A stretch of 30,154 nucleotides of DNA. Origin: a virus. Of this stretch, positions 1 through 7,852 are shown piece by piece. The stretch lies in the IMG/VR virus record IMGVR_UViG_3300031413_000569, one strand, 5' to 3'. The stretch's first letter is position 1, and every line of letters starts with the position of its first letter. Under the pieces are notes generated by a model that saw only the letters and a program-made list of their open reading frames with translations, searched no databases and was not told the DNA's origin. A program made the translations under genes and the position numbers.

Positions 1-36
1 ATGATTGGTACAACACTTACGGAAAGCAGCTTACTG

Positions 37-501
37 ATGGCATTTGAACACAAAACTGGAGATATTTTCAATACCAAACTACCTGCGATTGGGCATGGAG
101 TGAACTTATATGGAGTGATGGGTGCGGGTATTGCTAAAGTCATCGCAACTGTATTCCCTCAAGTATTAGCTCCTTACAAGGAAGCTTGTAAAACCAAACA
201 GCTCACTCCTGGGACTATGCAATATGTTCAAGTGCAGAACAATCCAGCGTTTTACATCCTGAATCTGGCCAGCCAGGACCGACCAGGAAAACATGCTCGG
301 TTAGAGTGGGTGGAGAGTTCATTAGAAGCAGCAATCCTATTTTGCAAAACTAACAACCTAAAAGGTTTTGCCGTTCCCCGAATCGGTGCTCGAATTGGCG
401 GATTGGCGTGGAAGGATGTAAAAGAGATTCTTGAACGAGTCGCTTTGCAAGAACCTGACGTTTTGGTTGAAATTTGGTCATTACCTAACGCCGATGACTA
501 A
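37..501 (+). CDS. Macrodomain protein (Poa1p/TARG1/DarG-like ADP-ribose processing)
   Basis: GDIF...HGVN..GVMGAGIA and AVPRIGARIGGLAW motifs. The probable start is ATG at 37, after GGAAAG at 21-26; the ORF track starts at 1. Confidence 0.88.
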   Translation: MAFEHKTGDIFNTKLPAIGHGVNLYGVMGAGIAKVIATVFPQVLAPYKEACKTKQLTPGTMQYVQVQNNPAFYILNLASQDRPGKHARLEWVESSLEAAILFCKTNNLKGFAVPRIGARIGGLAWKDVKEILERVALQEPDVLVEIWSLPNADD

Positions 502-740
502 TCCTTTTGTTGCATAGTTTGACCAAACTGGCGAAGGAAAGCGATAAGCTTTTTTCCTTCGCCAGTTTTTTGTTCGTAGACTGTGTAGATTGATTCGCTC
601 AACACAGTCATACCCATCATAAAATCTTCTGTTGATACAGAGTTCTTGATGAGAATGGCTTGTTCATCATCTTCTGCCTGCACTGCTTCTAAGTATGCAA
701 CCGCAAGAAGAAACCTTTCTGAATTAGTCAAAGGTGTCAT
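498..740 (-). CDS. Hypothetical protein (80 aa)
   Basis: Non-overlapping 3' part of ORF 498..959. ATG at 740 lies just downstream of the phosphatase stop codon. Confidence 0.6.
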   Translation of the reverse strand: MTPLTNSERFLLAVAYLEAVQAEDDEQAILIKNSVSTEDFMMGMTVLSESIYTVYEQKTGEGKKLIAFLRQFGQTMQQKD

Positions 741-762
741 GTCTTTACCGTGTACAGAATGG

Positions 763-1584
763 TTATTCATCACTGAAGAATCGGTCAAAGTTTTCGGCAT
801 AGTCGAGAAGTGCTTTGTCTGAATGCTTCTCAGTATGGAATTCAACCCATTCTCCATTATCCCAAGAAAGACTTTCATCCCAAGGGCATGTTGCTCGGCG
901 CCAATGGAAGTTCTCAGTAATTTCTGCAGGGTTGTTAGGATTCTGCCGTGAGTATTCAATCACCATGGTGTTCTGCACTCTATAGTTAGAGTCTGCATCC
1001 ATCTCGTTGAACTTGTCGGGAGTCAGTCGTTCGATAACGAACTGTGCGACTCTAATGAATTCTCCATGAGCGACTCCAATAACGTTATTCACATTTTCTC
1101 GTCGGTACAAACTTGTCATCACCAGCTCTACACGAGAACGGACTCCAGTAGCAAGGGACTCCCCACCCTGAGGTTTCCAATACCATTCGTTCATTTCCTT
1201 CAGACGGCGAGACAGAACACTCATTGTGTCATGAAGGTTTTCATCAGGAGAAGCTACCTCACCCCAGTCGCGTTCGCGGAAACGGTCATCAACAATCCAG
1301 TCACCTTGAAGTTGCAAATGAGCTGCTGTTTCACGTGTACGCACATGAGGAGATACGTAGAAGCGGTCGAATGGATTCAAATTTTCACGAATCCATTCAC
1401 CTGTTTTCTCAGCCTGATTGACACCCTTTTTAGCAAGTCGAGCGGTGGAATCATGTCGATCAAGGAATGTTGGATTGACCAAGCCGGCGAGAGTTGTAGT
1501 GTCTTTGTCTCGGATGAACTTCTGGATACGATTGGCCTCAGAAAGCCCATGTCGGACTAAAGTAAATTTCATAGGAAGAGTCAT
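763..1584 (-). CDS. Histidine phosphatase (phosphoglycerate mutase superfamily)
   Basis: LVRHG catalytic motif, SP..RT.ETA, RERDWG, P.GGES and VAHG. Confidence 0.92.
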   Translation of the reverse strand: MTLPMKFTLVRHGLSEANRIQKFIRDKDTTTLAGLVNPTFLDRHDSTARLAKKGVNQAEKTGEWIRENLNPFDRFYVSPHVRTRETAAHLQLQGDWIVDDRFRERDWGEVASPDENLHDTMSVLSRRLKEMNEWYWKPQGGESLATGVRSRVELVMTSLYRRENVNNVIGVAHGEFIRVAQFVIERLTPDKFNEMDADSNYRVQNTMVIEYSRQNPNNPAEITENFHWRRATCPWDESLSWDNGEWVEFHTEKHSDKALLDYAENFDRFFSDE

Positions 1585-1602
1585 AGATAACTCCGTTTCT
1601 AA

Positions 1603-1658
1603 ATAGTTTGTTCCTTACCTCCTGATTATAACATACCAGGAGGTAAGGAACAAACTAT
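1603..1658 (-). promoter_or_regulatory. Perfect 22-bp inverted repeat containing a sigma-A-type promoter; may also terminate the helicase transcript
   Basis: Arms 1603-1624 and 1637-1658 are exact reverse complements. The minus strand reads TTGTTC-N17-TATAAT with an extended TG, and the -10 sits in the 12-nt loop. Confidence 0.7.
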
Positions 1659-1671
1659 ACGTTCTTACCAG

Positions 1672-3330
1672 TTATCTTTTGTTCCAATAGCAGTCTTCAC
1701 AGAATTTGAACCATGGAGAACAAGAGTTGTGGCATGAAACACAATCACCGTATCGACCTTTAGTAATCACATGGTGAAGAGTGTTAATGATTGCATCGCT
1801 GAGACGTTCTTCATATTCCATCATTTCGCTGTAAAGCAAAGTTCCGGTGGTCTCAAACATGACGTTAGCCATCTTCAGCTCACCAATGCAATGAACGCTT
1901 TGTTCAAGAGGAGCTACTTCGTCACCCATGGTGTTCTTTTCATCTACCACAGGATGGTAGAGAGGAGAAATAACGGTCCTGAAATACTCTTCCAAGGTAC
2001 GAGACTTAGTGCGATTTTTCTCTGTCAGCCAGTTTGCAATCACTTTAATGGAGTTACCCTGTGGGTTGAAAGGTCCTGAGATAAGAGTCCACAATTCTTC
2101 AGTTGTAATCCTCCACTCTCCCTGCTCTTCTGGGTACAGAGGGGCGTTCAGATGGTCTGAGACGCTATAAAGTAGGTGCTTCATGTCGTTCAGAGTGGAA
2201 GGCATAATTGGACGCTCAGAGAGCCGTACAGCAGCTTCTAACTCCCAAGACATCAACGCAGGAAGAATATCTGTAGGTTCTGTAACATTCAAGTCAGAGA
2301 ACCGTGGAGTGATGATTGCTTTTTTCACATCCAAATCGGTGGGAACTAAACCAGCTCCAGCATTTGTTCCTTCTTTGATTAGGTCGACATCTTCTGTAAA
2401 CCAATCTTTTCCTGAGAGAACATAAACTGAACCTTCAGCTGATAAACCAAATCGTCCAGCCCTACCAGAAATTTGTGCAATTTCCCAAGTATGTAAGTCA
2501 CGATTTTTGTGACCATCATATTTTTCAGATTGAGCAAATACAACGTTGTCGATAGGAAGGTTGATTCCGTGACCGATGACATCAGTAGTGACCATGATGT
2601 CGTAGTCACCCTTCAAGTATTTTTCAATCTGGGCATTACGGGCTTTCAATGGAAGTGAGCCGTAAAGAACTCCAACTTTCTTACCCGCTTCTTCTAACAT
2701 CCGAGCGACAGCATAAACAGTTTTTCGGGAGAAACAAACAACAGCAGAACGGTCAGGTACGTTGTAAACAGTCAGTTTACCTTTGAACTTCAAAGGTGTT
2801 TTGCGACTGTATTCTTTCAAATCAAGATTCTGTGCATCTTCGATAAGAGCAGCAACAACATTCAATGCTTCCATAGCTGTAAGGACATGAAAGTTTCTGT
2901 AACGACCACCAATGAGAATATTGGTCCAATGCTGACCTCTTTCAGCGTCTACAATCCAGTGAGCTTCATCCAATACAATAGAATCTCCCTCTTCTGGAAC
3001 CATCTCCACAGTGCATGCCACTAAAGGGGCATCAGGGTTTATTTGCTCTTCACCAGTGATGAAACCAACATTGTCAGCTCCGTACCGATCAACCATCTTT
3101 TCGTAGACTTCGTAAGCAAGCATTCTAAGAGGACCAGCATAAACATACTTACCTGCAGGCTTTTTCTCATACTCAGAAAATAGTGACTGTAACGCATTGT
3201 ATGTTTTCCCAGAGTTCGTGGGACCTACATACAAGGTCGCTTTCTCAGGGGCTTCGCTTCTAAGACGAATGTTGACATTGACTTCATGCTGGATGTTTGA
3301 TTTTACATCAGTATCATAAGAGATAGACAT
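1672..3330 (-). CDS. Suv3-like SF2 RNA/DNA helicase with C-terminal Cys4 zinc site
   Basis: GPTNSGKT, PLRMLAYE, TGEE, CTVEM, DEAH, YGSLP, TDVIGHGINLP, QISGRAGRFG; C-terminal CxxC...CxxC. Start is ATG 3330 (RBS AAGGAAGG) or GTG 3339. Confidence 0.9.
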   Translation of the reverse strand: MSISYDTDVKSNIQHEVNVNIRLRSEAPEKATLYVGPTNSGKTYNALQSLFSEYEKKPAGKYVYAGPLRMLAYEVYEKMVDRYGADNVGFITGEEQINPDAPLVACTVEMVPEEGDSIVLDEAHWIVDAERGQHWTNILIGGRYRNFHVLTAMEALNVVAALIEDAQNLDLKEYSRKTPLKFKGKLTVYNVPDRSAVVCFSRKTVYAVARMLEEAGKKVGVLYGSLPLKARNAQIEKYLKGDYDIMVTTDVIGHGINLPIDNVVFAQSEKYDGHKNRDLHTWEIAQISGRAGRFGLSAEGSVYVLSGKDWFTEDVDLIKEGTNAGAGLVPTDLDVKKAIITPRFSDLNVTEPTDILPALMSWELEAAVRLSERPIMPSTLNDMKHLLYSVSDHLNAPLYPEEQGEWRITTEELWTLISGPFNPQGNSIKVIANWLTEKNRTKSRTLEEYFRTVISPLYHPVVDEKNTMGDEVAPLEQSVHCIGELKMANVMFETTGTLLYSEMMEYEERLSDAIINTLHHVITKGRYGDCVSCHNSCSPWFKFCEDCYWNKR

Positions 3331-3445
3331 GATGCACACCCTTCCTTTTATCTAATAGATGATTCGATTGTGTTGCGGAAGAAATGATGGTCACAGGTTC
3401 AGATGATGAGCAACACCCCCGCAAATCGGGAAGGAAGAAAAAGCC

Positions 3446-3531
3446 ACACAGATATCTACCGGGGCAGCTACACTGCCACGCCTGACACTTAGTGTTTCAT
3501 GAATAGTCAATATTCCAGGTTCTTTCTGTGT
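3446..3531 (-). ncRNA. Candidate structured RNA / cis-regulatory leader
   Basis: Closing stem ACACAGA/TCTGTGT encloses a CCTG/CAGG stem with two hairpins plus a GGCAG/CTGCC hairpin. It begins 6 nt after a TAGGAT -10 and is followed by a U-run. Confidence 0.4.
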
Positions 3532-3603
3532 ACTACAATCCTATCGGCTTTTAGCGAAGCATCAGCAAAATAGGAGAGTGTCACAGGTAACGTTTACAAA
3601 TCG

Positions 3604-4338
3604 TTAACGCAGTAAATAAGAGATGGAATCAGCAATTGACTGCTTGTGGTCAAAGCCCAAAGGTAGGCTATCAGAGTCAGAGTATAAGGATTTGACATCA
3701 ACGAGTTTTGCAGCAGCAGCATCATCAGCTGCTTCGAACTTAGGAATCTCAGGCAAGAAAGTAACGTGGGTATTCATGACAATATGCTTCATGCGCGGGT
3801 CTCTCCAGTCATGGTCATACTTTTTGACAAAATGAACCATATCAGAAGAAACATCCATACTGGTTTCTTCTTTTAGCTCACGAACAGCAGCTTCGTGAGT
3901 GGTTTCACCTTCATCAATAAAGCCACCTGGATGGCACCAGTATCCTTTGTAAGGGAAATTACCTCGTTCAATGAGGAGAATTTTCAACCTACCGTCATCG
4001 CCTTTAGTGAAGATGATGTTATCTGCAGTGTAAGAGTACCCTGCAGGGTCTGTGCCGTACTTCCAAGGGTCATATGTCTGCAAGTATTCAGCTTCTCCTT
4101 CTCGTGTTACAGGAGCAGGTTCTTCGCTGTAATCGTGATGGTAAGAGCCAGACTTAGCATCGATTGCTTTGAGCTCACTGGTTAGGTACAGTTTTTCATC
4201 ATCTGTCAGATGAACCAGCTTGTTGACATTTGTCGTGATAAATGAAGTCATGAAATCTTCTTTCGTTGTGGTGCTAAGTCTACCATGGTGACGGCAGGTT
4301 GCAGGGTCTTTAGCTCGGCATTCAGAATGTTTTCTCAT
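3604..4338 (-). CDS. Nudix hydrolase (ADP-ribose pyrophosphatase-like) with N-terminal Cys/His motif
   Basis: Nudix box GGFIDEGETTHEAAVRELKEET, plus RDPR, AADDA and LGFDH motifs. Confidence 0.9.
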   Translation of the reverse strand: MRKHSECRAKDPATCRHHGRLSTTTKEDFMTSFITTNVNKLVHLTDDEKLYLTSELKAIDAKSGSYHHDYSEEPAPVTREGEAEYLQTYDPWKYGTDPAGYSYTADNIIFTKGDDGRLKILLIERGNFPYKGYWCHPGGFIDEGETTHEAAVRELKEETSMDVSSDMVHFVKKYDHDWRDPRMKHIVMNTHVTFLPEIPKFEAADDAAAAKLVDVKSLYSDSDSLPLGFDHKQSIADSISYLLR

Positions 4339-4351
4339 GATTTGTTATCTC

Positions 4352-4391
4352 TAACAGAAAAGCCCTCCAGTGCTGGAGGGCTTTTCTGTTA
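4352..4391. terminator. Intrinsic terminator (19-bp perfect inverted repeat)
   Basis: TAACAGAAAAGCCCTCCAG-tg-CTGGAGGGCTTTTCTGTTA, directly after the 4393 stop codon. Confidence 0.8.
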
Positions 4392-4392
4392 T

Positions 4393-4728
4393 TTACTTTT
4401 TATTGGCTTCGTTTGTTTTGTTAGCTTCATTCACCTTGTCACGAACTACAGTGACAGTGACATCTTTAGCGATTTTTGCCGCTTTAGCTGCTCTGCCGCC
4501 AAACCGAAGACCAGCTTCAATGAACGGTTTTGCATCAAACTCAGATTTTGTTGCTTCAGGAACAGCTTTGATTCGAGGCTCTTCTTCAAGTTTTTCCTGG
4601 TCCAAGTCGATTTTGACATAGCCGAAGTTCAGAAGATCGACATCTGTGGCTTCAAAAGGCTCTTCACCCTCTACATGGACGTAAAGTTTTGCGGATACTT
4701 CTCGCTGGTACGCTGCTGAAATGGGCAT
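4393..4728 (-). CDS. Hypothetical protein (111 aa)
   Basis: ORF with its own upstream promoter and downstream terminator; no recognised motif. Confidence 0.7.
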   Translation of the reverse strand: MPISAAYQREVSAKLYVHVEGEEPFEATDVDLLNFGYVKIDLDQEKLEEEPRIKAVPEATKSEFDAKPFIEAGLRFGGRAAKAAKIAKDVTVTVVRDKVNEANKTNEANKK

Positions 4729-4760
4729 AAAACACGCTTTCTTGTTGGGTTTACTCTTAC

Positions 4761-4789
4761 ATCTTACTGCATAGACTGCTTATAGTCAA
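4761..4789 (-). promoter_or_regulatory. Sigma-A-type promoter
   Basis: TTGACT-N17-TAAGAT upstream of the 4728 ATG. Confidence 0.65.
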
Positions 4790-4799
4790 TTTTAGAAAG

Positions 4800-5282
4800 T
4801 CAGCGAGTCCATGTCTCAAAAGCATACTCAATTCCAGTGGAGGAAAGTAACTTTCCTGATGTTTCACGCAGAATAAACTGGTCAGTAATGTCTGGTGCAG
4901 TGACATGACCAGGTACTTCATCAAGGTAGACACGAGTAATATAAACTTCATTAGCATAAGCCAAAGCAAGGTTATAAATCTGACTTCCTCCGATTACCCA
5001 GATATCTTCTCTGTTACCAGATTGAAGCACTGCTGATAAATCATCTGATACAGTAGCTCCTTCCAGTTCAGAAACAGTACGTGAGATTACAACATTTTTT
5101 CGAGAAGGTAAAGGTCTGACTTTTGCAGGGAGCGAATCCCAAGTTTTTCTGCCCATCACAACAGTACTGTGTCGTGTTTTTTCTGCGAAGAACTTCATAT
5201 CTTCAGGTAACTCCCAAAGAAGTTTCTCGCCGTCACCAATGACACCTGAAGGTGTTTGGGCCCAAATAAGTCGAGTAGTCAT
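4800..5282 (-). CDS. folA: Dihydrofolate reductase
   Basis: GVIG...LLW.LPEDMKFF, VVMGRKTWDS, RPLPSRKNVV, WVIGGSQIY. Coupled to thyA by a TAATG overlap. Confidence 0.96.
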   Translation of the reverse strand: MTTRLIWAQTPSGVIGDGEKLLWELPEDMKFFAEKTRHSTVVMGRKTWDSLPAKVRPLPSRKNVVISRTVSELEGATVSDDLSAVLQSGNREDIWVIGGSQIYNLALAYANEVYITRVYLDEVPGHVTAPDITDQFILRETSGKLLSSTGIEYAFETWTR

Positions 5283-6079
5283 TAAACAGCCACTACTCCA
5301 CGGATAAGAGGATGAGGGTCGTAGCCTTCAATTACTACGTCTTCGTACACATAGTCATCGATAGATGCTGCTTTGTTCAGTTTGAGAGTAGGGAATGGTC
5401 GTACTTCACGAGTGAGCTGTTCATCTACCTGCTCAGTAAGATTGTCATAGATGTGACAATCCCCACCAGTCCAGATGAATTCGCCAACATCCAAGCCTGT
5501 CTGCTGAGCAATCATGTGAGTAAGCAAAGCGTAGGATGCAATGTTGAAAGGAACGCCAAGGAACATGTCAGCGGAACGCTGGTACAACTGGCAAGAAAGC
5601 TTTCCATCTACAACATAGAACTGGAACCATGCATGGCAGGGAGGAAGAGCCTGGTCTGGAAGAGCAGCAGGGTTCCAAGCTGCAACAATCAAGCGACGGC
5701 TATCAGGATTAGTTTTAATCTCTTCAATAACTTCAGCAATCTGGTCGATTGTTCCACCATGGTAGTCTGGCCAGCTTCTCCACTGAACACCATACACAGG
5801 ACCTAAGTCTCCGTTTTCATCAGCCCACTCATTCCAGATACGAACGTTGTGTTCTTTCAGGTAGTTGATGTTTCCAGTTCCTTTGAGGAACCAAAGAAGT
5901 TCATGCACAATTGATTTAGTGTGGACTTTTTTAGTGGTAATGAGAGGGAAACCTTCTTGGAGGTCGAATCTCATTTGATGACCGAACACACTGGTCGTCC
6001 CAGTTCCTGTTCTGTCACCTTTGTGGAGGCCGTTCTTACGGATATGTGCTAAAGCGTTTTCGTACTCTGTATTAACCAT
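5282..6079 (-). CDS. thyA: Thymidylate synthase
   Basis: DRTGTGT, ELLWF, LGPVYG.QWR, SRR, catalytic [17 protein letters not shown]. Confidence 0.98.
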   Translation of the reverse strand: MVNTEYENALAHIRKNGLHKGDRTGTGTTSVFGHQMRFDLQEGFPLITTKKVHTKSIVHELLWFLKGTGNINYLKEHNVRIWNEWADENGDLGPVYGVQWRSWPDYHGGTIDQIAEVIEEIKTNPDSRRLIVAAWNPAALPDQALPPCHAWFQFYVVDGKLSCQLYQRSADMFLGVPFNIASYALLTHMIAQQTGLDVGEFIWTGGDCHIYDNLTEQVDEQLTREVRPFPTLKLNKAASIDDYVYEDVVIEGYDPHPLIRGVVAV

Positions 6080-6149
6080 TCAACAATCTTATCATTTGAG
6101 GAGTTTTGCCCTCATTTATAGGCTAAAGAAAGATGAACATTGTCGTGTT

Positions 6150-6416
6150 TCAAAATGGAGGTTGAACTTTGTTCCAAGTTGAATCATCCCAGCTGTTGAA
6201 AGGCTGATCTTCTTCTTCCTCATCCTCATCTGGGGCAAAAGTTTCCCAACATTCTGGATGAGTGCCACTAATGAGAAGTTCTCTTGTATCGTCAGAGAAA
6301 TGCGGCAGAACTACTTGGATGGGCTCTCGGTTTTTCAGCCTGTTGTATTGATCTTGAGATAGTTCAACCTGTGAAGTTTTGTGGCAGACAATGCATGCTG
6401 ATGTGGTGACGATCAT
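6150..6416 (-). CDS. Small putative zinc-binding protein with acidic tail ending PPF
   Basis: CIVC...HPEC motif, then DEDEEEEDQPF...VQPPF. Confidence 0.75.
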   Translation of the reverse strand: MIVTTSACIVCHKTSQVELSQDQYNRLKNREPIQVVLPHFSDDTRELLISGTHPECWETFAPDEDEEEEDQPFNSWDDSTWNKVQPPF

Positions 6417-6565
6417 TTTGCTGACCCCACTTCAGAAGAATACATGTAAGACCCTGTTGAAGGATCAATAATTCGACCTTTGCCTCCACTAGCCATAAAA
6501 GCATCAATAGCTAAAAACCAAATAGCATGGAAAAGCACTTGAGGAATCAAAAGTAAAGTTTTCAT
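6413..6565 (-). CDS. Small hydrophobic protein (50 aa), not in the ORF track
   Basis: MKTLLLIPQVLFHAIWFLAIDAFMASGGKGRIIDPSTGSYMYSSEVGSAK. ATGA overlap with the next gene, and TGGTAAGAT 6 nt before the ATG. Confidence 0.65.
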   Translation of the reverse strand: MKTLLLIPQVLFHAIWFLAIDAFMASGGKGRIIDPSTGSYMYSSEVGSAK

Positions 6566-6598
6566 AGTCTTATCTTACCACTGGTATGTCAAGCCGGC

Positions 6599-6640
6599 TA
6601 ATAAAGAGAGCCGCACCAAAAGGTACGGCTCTCTTTATTA
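6599..6640. terminator. Intrinsic terminator after the RNA ligase
   Basis: TAATAAAGAGAGCCG...CGGCTCTCTTTATTA inverted repeat immediately after the stop at 6642. Confidence 0.8.
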
Positions 6641-6641
6641 T

Positions 6642-7721
6642 TTAGTTGTATTCTGTACCGTCTGCACGAGTAAGGTAATCATCGGAAACAAACTTCCCAA
6701 TCTTACGCGAACCTTCGAAGATTTTATCAGAGTTCAATGCAGAAGGTCTAACTACTACACCTTCCCGAATGTTAGCTTCAGTTCCCGAAACTTTCTCAGG
6801 ACCATAGGCTAATTCAGTAATCTTCTCCAAAGAGTAAGGGCCTTCGTACAAGCGAGGAGCCAAAGGCACTCCTGCTTCAGTAGCTAACTTCTCTGCTGTT
6901 TCTGGGTCGACCCATTCTGTGACATTACCTTCTTTAGTTGTTCTGGTCAGGTGGATGTCAAAGAGAATGAATCCAAGTTCATTATTCAGGCCGTAATGCA
7001 GGTCCTGAACAGAACCATATGTTTCTCCGAACAAAGCAACTTTCGAAATGTTCTCGAAACGAGATGCAATGAACTGAGCAAAACCCAGAAGGTCATACTT
7101 ATGGAACATTCTCCAGTAAGCGTTCTTTGGGTTTTCTTTCAAAGCAAGGTTCCTGGAACCAATTCCTTTGGAAGTCACGTAAACTGTTGGCTCAGCTAAA
7201 GCATCCACAACAGTTACACATGTTGCTGTTCCATGCACTTTTTCATCAACTACAACAAGCTCGCCTTCTTTGAACATGTCAGGGAACTTCTTGATGTTTT
7301 CAATGTCAATCCAACGCACCAATTCTGGAGCAGGAGTAACATCACCAGCAAGAGCAACAGGAATTTCTGGTTCCCATTTTTCGATTCCCAGCTGCTTTGA
7401 GTGGTCTCGCACCGTACGGTCCAATTCCCCCTCAGCAATGTCCAATGAAGCCACTAAACCTTGTGACAGTAATCCACGTAAGCGGATTGGCTTCACACGG
7501 TTCTTGCTTCTACCGGCAAGTTTGCCTTCAAGACCTAAAGCTACGATAAGAGCTTCCGGAAGTACTGCAAACTCAGGGATGTAGAAAACTTCATCACCTG
7601 TTTTGTAGGTTCCTTTTGGCACCACTACGTTGTAAAGACCTACCTGAGCATACTCAAGACGGTCAGCATTAGGATGTGGGTGTACTGCAATGTTTTCAAT
7701 TGTCACTTCAAATGTTGCCAT
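6642..7721 (-). CDS. ATP-dependent RNA ligase, DRB0094/Rnl5-like
   Basis: N-terminal HPNADRLE; nucleotidyltransferase motifs EKVHGT, FGETYG, FILFDI, REGVVVR, KFVSDDYL. Start ATG 7721 follows AAGGAG. Confidence 0.92.
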   Translation of the reverse strand: MATFEVTIENIAVHPHPNADRLEYAQVGLYNVVVPKGTYKTGDEVFYIPEFAVLPEALIVALGLEGKLAGRSKNRVKPIRLRGLLSQGLVASLDIAEGELDRTVRDHSKQLGIEKWEPEIPVALAGDVTPAPELVRWIDIENIKKFPDMFKEGELVVVDEKVHGTATCVTVVDALAEPTVYVTSKGIGSRNLALKENPKNAYWRMFHKYDLLGFAQFIASRFENISKVALFGETYGSVQDLHYGLNNELGFILFDIHLTRTTKEGNVTEWVDPETAEKLATEAGVPLAPRLYEGPYSLEKITELAYGPEKVSGTEANIREGVVVRPSALNSDKIFEGSRKIGKFVSDDYLTRADGTEYN

Positions 7722-7741
7722 CTGCGTGCTCCTTAAATGTA

Positions 7742-7780
7742 AAATAGCTGGGTCGGATTTCGAGTCCAGTAGGGCCACCA
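7742..7780 (+). pseudogene. tRNA 3'-half-like remnant
   Basis: GGTCG...TTCGAGTCCAGTAGGGCCACCA resembles a T-loop, acceptor 3' strand and CCA. No 5' half or complete cloverleaf is present. Confidence 0.35.
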
Positions 7781-7852
7781 GATATTTTCCTGAAAGGAAA
7801 CATCGTATTCATACTATCAGAGTCTTGAGGAAAAACCAAATACAAAGGAAAA

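Noticed and set aside
741-959. N-terminal extension of ORF 498..959
   Set aside because: Overlaps the phosphatase gene in another frame; ATG 740 gives a clean non-overlapping gene.
3380-3540. Hammerhead ribozyme or known riboswitch
   Set aside because: No CUGAUGA core paired with GAAA, and no aptamer consensus that I recognise; kept only as an unknown structured RNA.
6572-6592. TTGACA as the -35 for the 6565 gene
   Set aside because: Only 9 bp from TAAGAT, so the spacing is incompatible; the extended -10 alone is sufficient.
7705-7780. Intact tRNA gene
   Set aside because: Only the 3' portion is tRNA-like; there is no matching 5' acceptor strand or D-arm, and the region runs into the ligase CDS.
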